Source: Octopus sinensis (taxonomy: Eukaryota). From it: 64,000 bases of DNA. The stretch is taken from contig NC_043009.1 in NCBI RefSeq assembly GCF_006345805.1, positions 24,862,001 to 24,926,000 of the forward strand, given 5' to 3'. Below are positions 37,569 through 51,656 of this stretch, one piece after another (position 1 is the stretch's first letter; the number at the start of each line of letters is the position of its first letter). Under the pieces are notes generated by a model. The model was not told where the DNA came from. It saw only the letters and a program-made list of their open reading frames with translations, and did no database searches. A program made the translations under genes and the position numbers.

Positions 37569-37904
37569 ATAATAATAATGGTTTAAAATTTTTCCACAAT
37601 GGCAACAATTTAGAGGGAGGAGACTTGTCGATCACATTGACGCCAATGTTTCACTGGTACTTAATTCATCGACCCCCAAAATGATGAAAGGTAAAGTTGA
37701 CCTGGGCAGAATTTGAACTCTGAACATTAAGATAATAATAATAATAATCCTTTCTACTGTAGGCACAAGGCCCGAAATTTGTGGCAGGGGGTTAGTCAAT
37801 AACATCAACTCTGGATGAATTTGAACTGCAGAATGTAAAGATGGACAAAGTACCACTAAGCATTTCCTCCAGCTGGTTAACGATTCTGCCATCTCAATGC
37901 CTTA

Positions 37905-38278
37905 ATAATAATAATGACAACGAGAGAGCACAAACTTTCACCAAAGCAACACCAATATCCTCTCAACGATTAGCCAGAGATGATTTTTAAAATGAGAATA
38001 TCTGAAATAAAGTTGAATGCTCTCACAAACGAGAATACTAAAAAATGAACCCGGCCGCTCTCAAGAATAAGTAAAAAATAACAGGAAAAATAATCCAGAA
38101 TCCTTGTCCGGTTCCAGATCAATCCCAAAATCTAATCAGTTCATGCCAGTCATGTGGCCAAACATCCCTAAAAGTTTCATTCAAATCCATCCAGTGGTTC
38201 TTGAGATATCTTGTCTGCGGACAAACAAACAAACACAACTGAAAACAATACCTCCACCTTAGCTAAGGTGGAGGTAAT
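37905..38278 (+). mobile_element. Helentron-associated (HINE/DINE-like) non-autonomous element
   Basis: (CAAA)n microsatellite followed by the terminal palindrome tacctccaccttagctaaggtggaggta (38249-38276), the layout recalled for HINE elements. Confidence 0.5.
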
Positions 38279-39409
38279 AATCCTGCTCAAAAGGTCCCTG
38301 AATAAGGGATGTTTAAAGACGTTGAACAAAACACGTTTCCAAAGGTGAATTATCCAAACCCTACAGAATTCCTCTCAACACATGGCTATGATACTCCCCC
38401 ACTACTTCTGCTTGTGATCAGAGATGCACATATCATTAGCCACCAATGGACATGCTCAACTGGTTAGGGTCAAACAACTGACAAGCAAATCTGTGGTATT
38501 GAGCAGAATATTTGCTGTAGCCCATCTTTTGTACCAAGACAAAAGAATGTACATGATAGCACATTCAATCAGTTAAGATTAGAAGCCATGAGAGCCACTG
38601 CCTATCATTATTATTATTATTTGCATTAGTAAAAAAGAGGGCAAACTTGATTGACATCAATTCTTCGAGATGGTGCCCCAGCATGACCGCAGTCAACTAA
38701 CACTTGTGAAACAATAAAAGATCTTCATAAAGTCACCCATAGGTACACTCCAGTTTGTAACCCACAGGAGCTCTGTCCCCTACCACCGCCACACGGGCAT
38801 CTCAACTCACCCATCTCTCTTCCGAGGTTGGTTTCTTTGACTAAACCTTCTCAAGCAGTGCAGCTCCTGCATGGCTACACTCCGATGAGTAAAACAAGTA
38901 AATAAATTAAAAAGAAAAAAAAGAAGACGAGATGATTATGTGTGAGGTTACTATGAGATGGTGGTGGTGGGGGAGATGCTTTGGTGGGGAAGATGGTGGA
39001 GACAGTAAGAATAGCTGCAAATCTTTTCACCAGCTGACCGAGAGAATATGATTGTGTGATGTCTTTTAAAGAAAAGCTGGAGTTTAACTGGTGTTATGTC
39101 ACACACACACACACAAATACATACACCCACGCATACATAGGCCTGTGCATGTGTATGTGTGTTGCAAGATTTGTTGAAGTGCTGCATCATCTGTCTCCTA
39201 CTACAGCTTGAAAGACTGGTACAGTGTTCCATTTTTGCAACACTGACCGATTAGCTGACCGAGAGAGAGAGAGAAATGAAATTATATAATATACATAACT
39301 CTGTCTGTTTGTCTCTCTCTCTCTCTAAACACACGCGCACACACACACACACACACACACATATAAAGGGAGATAGTACATAGTAAAAAGAGAAGGAGGT
39401 AAATGTGGG

Positions 39410-39715
39410 GTTAGTTGATCAGATAAGCAGGTAGGAACATAGAAGAATATATAAGCAGATAGGTGAACAAACAGTCAGACAGATAGAGATAGACATAGAT
39501 AGACAGATAGATAGACAGAGATAGATATAGATATAAATATATAGATAGATAGATAGGTAGACAGACAGGTGATAGAGATATATAGACAGATAGATAGATA
39601 GGTAGGTAGATAGACAGACAGAGAGAGATAGACAAATAGATATAGACAGATAGATAGATAGATAGATAGGTAGACAGACAGATAGATAAACAAATAGATA
39701 GATAAATAAATATGA
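39410..39715. repeat. (GATA)n/(GACA)n tetranucleotide field (similar fields at 40130-40260 and 63580-63830)
   Basis: Directly visible. Confidence 0.9.
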
Positions 39716-39724
39716 ATATATATA

Positions 39725-40130
39725 CACTCTTTTACTTGTTTCAGCCATTTTGACTGTGGCCATGCTGGAGCACCTCATTTAGTCCAACAAATCAACCCCC
39801 AGGACTTATTCTTTGTAAGCCTAGTACTTAGTGGTTTGGCAAAAAGAGACTGATAGACTAAGTTATTGGGATGTAAACATACCAGCATTGGTTGTCAAGC
39901 GATATTGGGGGGACAAACACAGATACAAACATACACACACACATACTTATATATACATATATACGATGGGCTTCTTCCAGTTTCCGTCTACCAAATCCAC
40001 TTACAAGGCTTTGGTCAGCCCGAGGCTATAGTAGAAGACACTTGCCCAAGGTGCCACACAGTGGGACTGAACCCGGAACCATGTGGTTGGTAAGCAAGCT
40101 CCTTACCACACAGCCACTCCTGCGCCTAGA
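39725..40130 (-). mobile_element. SINE family 2
   Basis: Reverse complement of the 29276-29665 unit. Confidence 0.85.
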
Positions 40131-41361
40131 TAGAGATAGATAGATAGATAAAAAGATAGATATATAGATAGAAAAATAGATGGATGGATGGATAAATAGA
40201 TAGATAACTATATAGCTAGATATAGATAGATAGGTAAAACTGTTAAAGAGATCGATAGATGGGCAGATGAATATCAGGGTGATGGATAGGTAGATAACCA
40301 TATACATACATAACCATATATATATATATATGTATGTATATACTGAGATAAATACATGGATATATAAAGATATACAGATGAGTAGGCAAATTATATCGGT
40401 AGACAAAAGCAGGTACATGAATATATAGAAAACTAAATGGATAGCTACTGATTACAAGAATGAGTGAGGAAAACACCTCATCAAAAACAGATTTTTTTAA
40501 AACAATTAATGAACAAATTAATCCAATGAAATTATGTATGCTGTTACTGTTGCAGATTATCAAACAAATAACCATTTGTCATATATTCAAACAAAAGAAG
40601 GAGATTAGACTACTTCTGATAATTTCCTGATACAGGTAGATTGGGGTTTCTGGAATTTTTGGTGCCAAAGCCTTCCTGGGTTACTGATTTTTCTGAATCA
40701 GGGTGGCCCCCTTGGTCAATAGACTTTAACCCTTTAGCACTCGGATTACTGTCAAATGTAATGCTTATTTATTCACATAGGCATTATTTTATAGTTTTAG
40801 GGTTTTGATGCTGTAGCTTTTTATTTATAAAATGACATTGTAGGGTAAGTGTGAGAGGTAGGATCTACTTGGTTTGAAAAGAAAACAAACAGAATATTTT
40901 GGCTGGATATGGCCGGTTTAAAAAGCTAAACGATAAAATTTTCTACTATAGGCACAAGGCGCAAAATTTTAGGGAGGGGGCCAGTCGATTAGATCAACCC
41001 CAGTACACAACTGGTACTTAATTTATCGATCCCTGAAAGGATGAAAAGCAAAGTTGACTTCGGCAGGATTTGAACTCAGAGCGTAAACACAGACGAAATA
41101 CCACTAAGCATTTCGCCCAGCGTGCTAACATTTCTGCCAGCTTGTCGCCCTAAGCTGAATATTAAATTTACTGGGGTGGCTGTGTGGTACAGAGGTTTGC
41201 TTCTTGACCACATAGTTTAGGGGTTCAGTCCACAGTGTGGCAGCTTGGGCAAGTGTCTCCTATTATATGTAGCCTTGAGCTAACCAAAACTTTGGATTTG
41301 GTAAACAGAAGCTCATATGTATATCACCTATGCTGCTATGGAAGGTGGATGTTAAACAATG

Positions 41362-41366
<5 letters not shown>

Positions 41367-41397
<31 letters not shown>

Positions 41398-42504
41398 GTA
41401 TCTTTGCTATTATGTTAAACTTTTGTATGTCCAAATTTAGCCAAATGTGTTTTTTCAATATTTATTTTTGCTTGCAAATAGCCAGTTCTTTTTGGTAAAA
41501 ATTATCGTATCTCCAGCTGCTTCAGATGCAAAGATACAAAAAAAAAAAAAAAAATGATCAAAGTGTAGTACAAAGGTTTTCCTATGGAATGGTGAAACTA
41601 TTTTGGGATTTTCTGAAAAAGCAACATTTTAGACTTACAACACTTTTGCATAATAGCAACAATATATATATATATATTTATATGTATAATTTTCAAGAGT
41701 CAAGAGTATCAGGTACTCAAATAGTAAACCACAAAAGTCAGCTCGGTAATGGGATTATCATGTACAAACAATATTTAAGGACAAATATGTACTAAAGTGA
41801 ACACAGATTTGTACCCTGGTTATGCGTACATTTGCAAATGGCTGACTGAATACACAACGAGTTATCGAGGTCACATATAGATACACTCACTGCACTTATT
41901 GCCCCACTCCTGCAATTCATTTGGATTTAGGGAGTATATATATATATATATTATATATATATATAATGTATCTTTGCTATTATGTTAAACTTTTGTATGT
42001 CCAAATTTAGCCAAATGTGTTTTTTCAATATTTATTTTTGCTTGCAAATAGCCAGTTCTTTTTGGTAAAAATTATCGTATCTCCAGCTGCTTCAGATGCA
42101 AAGATACAAAAAAAAAAAAAAAATGATCAAAGTGTAGTACAAAGGTTTTCCTATGGAATGGTGAAACTATTTTGGGATTTTCTGAAAAAGCAACATTTTA
42201 GACTTACAACACTTTTGCATAATAGCAACAATATATATATATATATTTATATGTATAATTTTCAAGAGTCAAGAGTATCAGGTACTCAAATAGTAAACCA
42301 CAAAAGTCAGCTCGGTAATGGGATTATCATGTACAAACAATATTTAAGGACAAATATGTACTAAAGTGAACACAGATTTGTACCCTGGTTATGCGTACAT
42401 TTGCAAATGGCTGACTGAATACACAACGAGTTATCGAGGTCACATATAGATACACTCACTGCACTTATTGCCCCACTCCTGCAATTCATTTGGATTTAGG
42501 GAGT
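41367..42504. repeat. Near-identical tandem duplication, unit ~569 bp, junctions in (TA)n
   Basis: 41367-41935 is repeated at 41936-42504. The duplicated ORF ends at 41795 and 42364 are 569 bp apart; the visible difference is a 1-nt shorter A-run. Confidence 0.9.
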
Positions 42505-42544
42505 ATATATATATATATATATATATACCGTTGGCGATTTTATT

Positions 42545-42690
42545 TCCTCCGTCTTCCCTTCTCTTCTGACGAAGAGCTCCGCTCGAAACATTAAACCCTC
42601 CTTCTTTCCTGAGCGTCCAATAATACTATATTTGTTCCACGTCCTCGCGTTGTTGTGTTTTCTCTTTGTGTTTTCATGTTTGGATTAACT
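42545..42690 (+). mobile_element. Penelope-derived repeat with degenerate hammerhead
   Basis: CTGACGA(42566)-agagc-tcc-gctc-GAAAC(42585)-atta; stem I is lost. Adjoins (TA)n. Confidence 0.5.
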
Positions 42691-45600
42691 TTATATATAT
42701 ATAGGAGCACTCCATCAGTTGCAACGAGGGTCTCAGCTGATACGATCAACAGAACAGCTTTGCTCGTGAAATTAACGTTGCAAGTGGCTGACCACTCCAC
42801 AAACACGTGTACCCTTAATGTAGTTCTCGGGGAGATTCAGCGTGACACAGAGTGTGACAAGGCTGGCCCTTTGAAATACAGGTACTACTCATTTTTGCCA
42901 GCTAAGTGGACTGGAGCAATGTGAAATAAAGTGTCTTGCTCAAGGTCACAACGCGCCGTCGGGAATTGAACTCACGACCTTATGAGCCGACTTTGTTTGT
43001 GTGTGTGTCTTTGTGCTTGCCTTGCCTCCACTGTTTGACAACCAGTGTTGGTATATTTACATCCTTGTAACTTAGCCGTTCAGCAAAAGAGACCGATAGA
43101 GTATGCACTAAGCTTATGAAGTCCTGGGGTTGATTTCTTTGACTAAAAAAAAAATCCTTTTAAGGCAGTGCCCCAGCATGACCACAGCCAACTAAAAGAA
43201 TAAAAGAATATATCATACATACACACATAAACATGTGCATGCTTGCATTAGTCCCACCATGGTCACCACTTAACAACCGGTCTTGGTTTGTTGACATTCT
43301 CATAACTTAGCAGTTTGGAAAAAGGAAACCAATAGAATGAATACTGAGGTAAATTTGCTCATGACAAAGTGATGCCCCAGCATGGCCACAGTTCAATGAC
43401 TGAAACAAGTAAAAGATCTAATATAGGTAACTATATATTAGTCCAAACTGTACAAGATTACTAATACTGTACGTGCAAGATACCAGTTAACTAATCTGGT
43501 GGCTGCTGGAATTTGAAATTCTTGCTTAAGAATTACTACAGATTATAAGAGGTTCTGGACTGTTAGTGCCAGGAAAGTTGGTGTTGTAGCCATATATTTA
43601 ATCAGATCAGACAAGAATTCATTCTGGTATATATATTTTTTGGCACCAAGAGGATTTTAACTCAGAACGTGTATGGATATAACTAAATATCACAAAGAAT
43701 TGTTTGACCAACTATGTATCAATTAATCTAAGTTCTAATTATTCTGTTGCTATATTGATCATTATAGATTCAAGATTACACTATGGCAGATTTAGAATAT
43801 ATGTATCAACAAATATTGAAAAAATGTGTGTGGACATATACATTTAATATAATACACACATAATGCATATATAGCTATAATTACAAATATGTAAACACAC
43901 ACACGCTTACATATATACGTTACATATACACACAAATATAAGACTTCCTGCCATACATACAGAGTAAAATGAGAGATGAGAAGAGGCGTAAACGAGAAAA
44001 AAAAAAAAGACTTCGGATGATGACATTGACGGCAGAAGACAATGACGTCGACAACAAATGACGATGACGTCGACAGCAGATGACGATGATGACAACGGCA
44101 AAAGACGATGACGACATCAGCACTAGACGATGTCGACAACGGCAGCAGACGATGCCAAACTAGGAAACGACGACAATGGATGACGAACTAAGCGAGCTAA
44201 AATAAGATGACGACCGATGACAGCAGACGATAACGACAACGAATGATAGATATTTATAAATGAAAATTATATGGAAGGTGAGAGCTGACAAATGAAGTAG
44301 ACTATAAACAAAACGACAACCACGGATAATGACGGACAATCACGGACGGTGACGACGACATCGCAGACAACAGATAAACAGGCAGGCAGGTTATAAGGTA
44401 AAAGGGTTTGATAAAAATGATAAATAAGTAGCTTTTTTTTTTCAAAAAAATAATAATAATAATTATAAATAAAGGTGAGGTAAGGCTGACAAGGCAGGCA
44501 GCAATGGCGGCCTAATTCATTCATAGAAACAGTGGAGTCTTGACATATTTACCTTAGAGTAAAGAAATAGCCCTTATCATTTTAGACAAGGCTAAGAAGA
44601 AAGAAGAAGTCGATGGACCAAGCTGGGATTGGGGGACGGTCGGGTAACGGAAACCATGTCCTAAAAAATAGAGAAATCCCAATCAACCTTGAGGGAAAAA
44701 CGTTATAAATTAGGAGAAACGGGCGATGGTGGTGGGGAGACGGTCGTAAGGGGTCAGTTGTGGAGATTTTGGAATGGATGATACTAGAGGGAGTAATCGG
44801 GGAAATATGAGGGAAAGGAAACACGGGACGGAAAGAGAAAGAAAAAAAAAACGAACACTAAGAAAATATATATATAGAGAGAGGGGGGTGATTAAGAGAG
44901 AGTGAAAGGAGCAGTAAGAGTTATTGAAAGAAAGAGAGAGGTAGGGGGGGTCAATGAAGAGAGGGAATGTGGAAAGAAAGACGAGAAGGCTTTATCTGAC
45001 TCTAGATAAGTTATACAAAGTTGTCGTATATGGAATTTTGAAATTGAATGCACACACAAACACGTACGCGTACACACATATATATGTATGTATGTGCATC
45101 TTTCTGAATTTATATATACACATATATATATATCATACACACACTCACATGTATACGTAAATATAGTACACACGTATGTATACATAAGTATCGTATGCAA
45201 ATATGTATGTACGAATATATATACACACACACGAATAGATTATAAATATAGATATTTGTATATACATATATAATTATGTTTATGTTTGTGAGTATGTCTG
45301 GATATATGCGCTTGTGAATGATGTAACAACCTCAAATGACTAAGACCATTTATACACAATACATTTGGCTGGAAAGTAAAACTTTATAAATACAGACCAA
45401 CTGACGATGCCACACAAGTTTTGAAACTTGTTGGTCGATGTTTATTTTTCAGAAGAAATCGGCAACTTTGACCCCACAGATTACACGTACACAGAGAAAA
45501 ATTTACACAAGAATATCAAGGGGGTTCCAGAGCAAATTCAATCGATTGGTCACTTTTTACCAAAATCTGTGACGTCACGGCTTTAGTCGTTACCATCGAT

Positions 45601-46015
45601 GCTGTTACTATTTGACGGGTGCTTTATTTTATCAATTTCGAGAGGATGAAAGGCAAGGTTGACCGCGAACGATGAAAATCAAGAAGAAATACCGCAGGTT
45701 ATTTGGTCTATTTAGTGATTCGAAAAAGTAACCTCGAGGAAATTAGTTGCAGAAGCGATTAAGCACCAGTGGGTATGAAAGGTCAATATGATCAGCTAAG
45801 CCCTTGATAGCGGTGTTCCAGCATGGCTGCAATCCAAAGACTGAAACGGCAGATGCATCTCCCAGTTGTGAGCGTAGATATTACAGACATATTTATAATG
45901 TGCATACATATATACATATTTTCTAAGAACATTAAGAAACATAAGACTGGAATGAACGGCGATTGTGAAATGTCTAGAGAGGCCCTTCACTCAGCCAATA
46001 AGTTTATTTCTAAAG

Positions 46016-46058
<43 letters not shown>

Positions 46059-46612
46059 AACACACAAGTAGTATGCATTTTTAAAAATTAAATTCAAATA
46101 CTTATTCGTCAAATTGGATTATATCAAATCATATATTACATATACAATCGCAATTTTTTTCCAGTCACAGCTGTCCGACGAGCGTAAACGTGAAACTCTG
46201 CATAACAGTTTTTGTGATGTTTTTACAGCTTTAATACAAAAGTATACTATATACATATACATATATATATATATATATATATTAAGTATGTGAATGAATT
46301 ATCTTAGTATTGATAATTCGGTTAATCGATACCTGGGTAGCAAATTCACGTCAGAAGACACGGTTGAAGCTGCATGCCAAGGGCAGAAACCCTGTGTTCT
46401 TGTGTTCTTTTGGTGACTGCCTGCATGGCAGTCACCAAAAAGTTTTTGTTTGTCTTGAGGCTGATAGAGCTTCCTTGTCTTTCCTGATGAGAAAGGGTGC
46501 ATAATGCACTCTTTATTCCTTCGGAATTAAGAGTATGTAGTCTTCGAAACATGTGTTGAGAGTAAAGGAATTTTGTTAAAATCTTCGTTCGACTCCATTC
46601 TTTCATTTATCC

Positions 46613-46683
<71 letters not shown>

Positions 46684-46719
46684 ACGCTAGGTCTAGGTCT
46701 TTATTTACTATACTCTTTT

Positions 46720-47101
46720 ACTTGTTTCAGTCATTTGACTGTAGCCATGCTGGAGCACCGCGTTTAGTCGAGGAAATAGACCCCAGGACTTAGTCTTTGT
46801 AAGCCTAGTACTTGTTCTATCGGTCTCTTTTGCCGAACCGTTAGGTGACGGGGCCGTAAACACATCAGCATCGGTTGCCAAGCGATGTTGGGGGGGGGTG
46901 ACAAACAGACACAAAACACAAATATATATACATATACTTATATACGACGGGCTTCTTTCAGTTTCCGTCTACCAAATCCACTCACAAGGCTTTGGTCGGC
47001 CCGAGGCTATAGTAGAAGACACTTGCCGAAGGTACCACGCAGTGAGATTGAACCAGGAACCATGTGGTTGGTAAGCAAGCTGCTTACTACACAGCCACTC
47101 C
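46720..47101 (-). mobile_element. SINE family 2
   Basis: Reverse complement of the 29276-29665 unit. Confidence 0.85.
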
Positions 47102-47582
47102 TATTTCAATATAATGAAGATGTGTTTATGAACGAAAGAAGTGTCCACTGATTTCAGAGCACAGTCGTTAAAATTACGTTAAACTTCAATTGTATGGCTA
47201 CTTTATTGCAACAAATAAAACAATATGATATTGGATGAAGCTGATAACTGGCTATGATGAAGAGTGAGAGCTTTATATGAGAAGAAAGCAAGAAACAAAC
47301 AATATCACTAATATGTTAAAACCTCTACAGCTGTTCCAACAACCATAAATATATACAATTGTATAATTGTTAATAAGAGTAATAATATCAATAATCATCG
47401 ATAACAGTTATTATATAACAATTAAGAATCGTTAGTGTATAATTAATAATAGTTAACAATCGTTATAATAAAAATAATTTTGGCACAAGACCAGCAATTA
47501 CGAGGGAGAGGGATTACATTGACCCCAGTACTCAACTGGTATTTATATATACGCATTCCCACACCACACACACACAAACATA

Positions 47583-47800
47583 TACGAGCGGGTGCTGAAA
47601 AGTTCCTGGCTTTGGGTAAAAGAAAGTACAAGAGAATCAGTTAAATATGATTTCCTTCAACATATTCTCCTCTCAGATGCACGCACTTCTTGCAGCGGTC
47701 CTTCAGATTTTCTAAGCCCAGTAAAAGAACTCGGAATGTTGGGCCTCCAATCAGGCGTTTCGCGACACCCTTAAAGTCAGGAACTTTCCAGCCACCCCCT
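47583..47800. mobile_element. Mariner-type MITE
   Basis: TIRs tacgagcgggtgctgaaaagttcctggcttt / aaagtcaggaactttccagccacccc. Confidence 0.75.
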
Positions 47801-49129
47801 CCGCACATAAGTCTTGGTTATCCAGCACTGTCACAAGAAACAGGCAAGTGCGAAACTCAGAGCAGACTGCTGACATTGGATGTAATGGAGATGCACATCC
47901 GCTTCAACCAACGCAATGAACACGATCCATGATGCTTCAACTACGCAAAATATACTTTAATATACTTAATAACTTTTACATTATGATGTGTGCGTGCGTG
48001 CACATATACATACATACATTTATATATATACATACGCCCGGATACAAACGCGGAAGTGGTGTTCAAATGTATAATTGACAGTGACGTTTGAAACAATACA
48101 TCGTATTATACAAACACACCAATAAGTGTGCGTGTGCGAATGTATATATTTACGTGTCAGTATATAAATACATAAGCACGTCCGCGTATATAAAAATGTG
48201 TATATATGAACGCGTATGTGTGTGTTATTGTATACATAAAACAAACATACATACACACTGATTGACTGTTCTATATTGTTGTTAACACACGTACATTTTT
48301 ACTCACACCCGCCCCCGTTTGTCTTTTACTCTCGTGACAATTATACACCACCAATCAACAAGACAACTTTTTCTAAATGTCAACCAATCGTAATTAAGAA
48401 TTCCTCAAACTAATCCAGCCGACCAATTATCTCTCCCCACACCCTCCATTCCACCACACATGCAAGTTTGAATGTAATCCTACCTTCACACAATATATTC
48501 ACTCTAACTACGCATCCTTTTTTGCTTTTATAAATATATAAATATAGAAAAACACACGACTGTTCCCAACCCCGGTTGCGTCATCTCTGAAGATGGTCAT
48601 ACGTGCGTTCAAAAGCTGAATCAAGTGAAGCCATCTTTTCCCAGTGTAGTCAGCATCAAAACAATGTAAGAATGCACTTGGTGGAGAATATGAATAATTC
48701 CAATATCAAGATTTGTTTTGATGGCTTTTTCAACAAGCACAGTGTGCCCAGCCACGTGTTGACTTATATTTTGAGAGAAATTGGCAAGATGGGAAACTAT
48801 ACAGAATCCAGTTCGACAGCTAGGAACCGTAATTCAAGAACACAGCCTTTCACACATGCAGCGTCACGCTTATTGTGTCCGAGAAATATGTTAATGATAC
48901 ACGAGTCTGTGGATTATTACTCAGCCGCTCATACGCTAACTCAATGAGAGTAACTGAATGATTACCGTGAGAACCGACGGAGATCCAGCCATCCAGGGGT
49001 TTCCATACTTGACACAATTAACAAATGCTGTACTCGATTCCCCTCCATTGCTAGCACTTAAACGGGTATCCAAATGCAGTGAAATTCTGATTAACTCAAA
49101 AGCCAGTGTCGAGCATAAATTCCACCCGC

Positions 49130-49635
49130 ATCAAATTTTCGTTTTATCCTTTCATGGTCGACTTTGCCTTTCATCCTTTCGGGGTCTATTAAATAAGTAC
49201 CAGTTACGCACTGGGGTCGATATAATCGACTTAATCCGTTTGTCTGTCCTTGTTTGTCCATTCTGTGTTTAGCCCCTTGTGGGTAGTAAAGAAATAGGTG
49301 TTTCGTCTGCTGCTACGTTCTTAGTTCAAATTCCGCCGAAGTCGACTTTGCCTTTCATCCTTTCGGGGTCGATTAAATAAGTACCAGTTACGCACTGGGG
49401 TCGATGTAATCGACTTAATCCGTTTGTCTGTCCTTGTTTGTCCCCTCTGTGTTTAGCCCCTAGTGGGTAGTAAAGAAATAGGTATTTCGTCTGTCTTCAT
49501 GTTTTGAGTTCAAACTCCACCGTGGTTGACTTGGCCTTTCATCCTTTCGGAGTCGATAAATTAAGTACCAGTCAAGTACTGGGGGTCGATGTGATCAACT
49601 AACCCTAATCCTCCCCCAAAATTTCAGGCCTTGTG
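49130..49635 (+). mobile_element. SINE family 1, compound copies
   Basis: Three cores gtcgactttgcctttcatcctttcggggtc. Confidence 0.85.
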
Positions 49636-50297
49636 CCTATAGTAGAAAGGATTATTATTATTATTATTGGCGGAATTTTCTGGAATTTTTGTGGGTTTTT
49701 TTTGCTATTGTTACATCTTTGGTTGTTTTTTGTTAACGCTTTGTTTATTTGCTTCTATTTTTCATAGTGAATTGCCGTCAATGTCTTGGGCCGTGGAGGC
49801 CAATAAAGAAACGATTATTATTTTTATTATTATTCAGCTTAAGTCGATCTCATCAGACTAATTGCTAAGACAAAAACAAATAAACAAAAGGAAAGTGAAA
49901 ACAGAAAAAAAAAAAAAATAACGATTGATAAAAACGTGCAGAATAACAATAGTTTCTACATCTCGATGTTTTGTGGTCTGGTCTTGTAACGTTCCTAGAT
50001 GCTGTCTAGCGGACATACGTACGGACATATGCATGCATGCATACATACATACATACATACATACATACATACATACATACATACATACATACATACATAC
50101 ATACATACGTACATACATACGTACATACATACATACATACGTACATACATACATGTGACATATATATGCGTGTATTTATGAATATATAAACAAATTGAAG
50201 ACTGCCACGAGTGGGTTCTGTAGTGTGTATATATATATGCTTGTATAATATATATATATATATATATATATAATACACATGCACATAGACACTCACA

Positions 50298-50362
<65 letters not shown>

Positions 50363-51577
50363 TACGTATACATGCAGATACGCACATACATACAGACATA
50401 TATACATATGTATATATGTGTATATATATGTATATGTTTCATATACATATAGACATACACACACAAACATATATATATAGACATACACATACGCATATAT
50501 TTTTGGTTTGTGATGTTAATTAGAAAAATAGCATCTAATTATCGCGTGAGTTTGGTTTTCCAATATAAAAACTGAACGCTGTCCAACTTATAGCACATCC
50601 TACCACCACCACCACCACTACTGCTACTAGTAGTAATAGTGGTAACTATTTGGAAATAGTAATACACTCAGAGGGGGTGGGTTGAGTATAGGATTAATTA
50701 TAATGGATGAAAAGGTACCAAGAATGGTACTTCAATGTATTATTGCAGTTTAAGATAGGGGATTACAGTATGGGTGATGGTGGCGTGGTGTTTACCATTG
50801 TTACCATATGTGTACAACAAAAGTACAAGTGTGTGATAGGGGCGAGGTGATGGACCCTAACCTCATTGAAAGGTGAAACCTGCAATAATGTCGTTGTCCA
50901 GAAGTATTTTATTTGGGCCCCTAATAGCTGATGTTGCTTAATTGTCATACATCATCATCATCGTTATCATCTAACACCCATTTTCTATACTGTCATGGGT
51001 TGGACGGTTTGACAGAAGGTGACAAGGCCTGGAGCCGCACCACGGTCCATCGTCTGTTTTTGTAAGCTTTCTACAGCTAGATGCCCTTTCTAATGCCAAC
51101 CATTTTACAGATTGTAATAGGTGTGGCACTAGCACCAATGCCGTTTACATGGCACCAGCATCAGTGCTTTTTGCGTGACACCAACACCGCTGCTTTTTAT
51201 GTGGCACCAGCACCATGCTTTTTACGTGGCACAAGTCGCAGTGCCTTTTATGTACCACAAGCATTAATACTTAATACGTGGAACCAGCACCGGTACTTTG
51301 CAGGTGGCACCAGCACCGACGACTCGTCTCCATATACCTTAAAGCTTTGTGAGCGTGTAGGACAGGTCCATATCATCAGCTTTTCAAAAGAAGTATGCAC
51401 TCTGCTTCCAAACATCTGATGGTCGTGTCATACCTGCTGTGTCACACTTATTAAAAACATGCGATTCCAAACAAATTGGTTAAGTGCTACTTTGTGTGCG
51501 TACGTGCGTACCACGTGCGCGTTGATGTAAAAAAAATTTCATAATCTTTGGAAAGAACGTAAAATAATTTCCCTTTT

Positions 51578-51656
51578 GGGATAGTGGTTCTCGAAGCTCA
51601 TCACATGCAGCTATAAAGAATAGCTGTATGTGATGATCTTCGAGAACCACTATTCC
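51578..51656. other. 79-nt near-perfect inverted repeat (pre-miRNA-sized hairpin)
   Basis: gggatagtggttctcgaagctcatcacatgcagctat-aaaga-atagctgtatgtgatgatcttcgagaaccactattcc: 37-bp stem with one mismatch and two G-U pairs, 5-nt loop. Confidence 0.85.

Noticed and set aside
48603-48947. 114-aa plus-strand ORF as a gene
   Set aside because: GTG start, no recognisable motif or splice context; length is within chance range.
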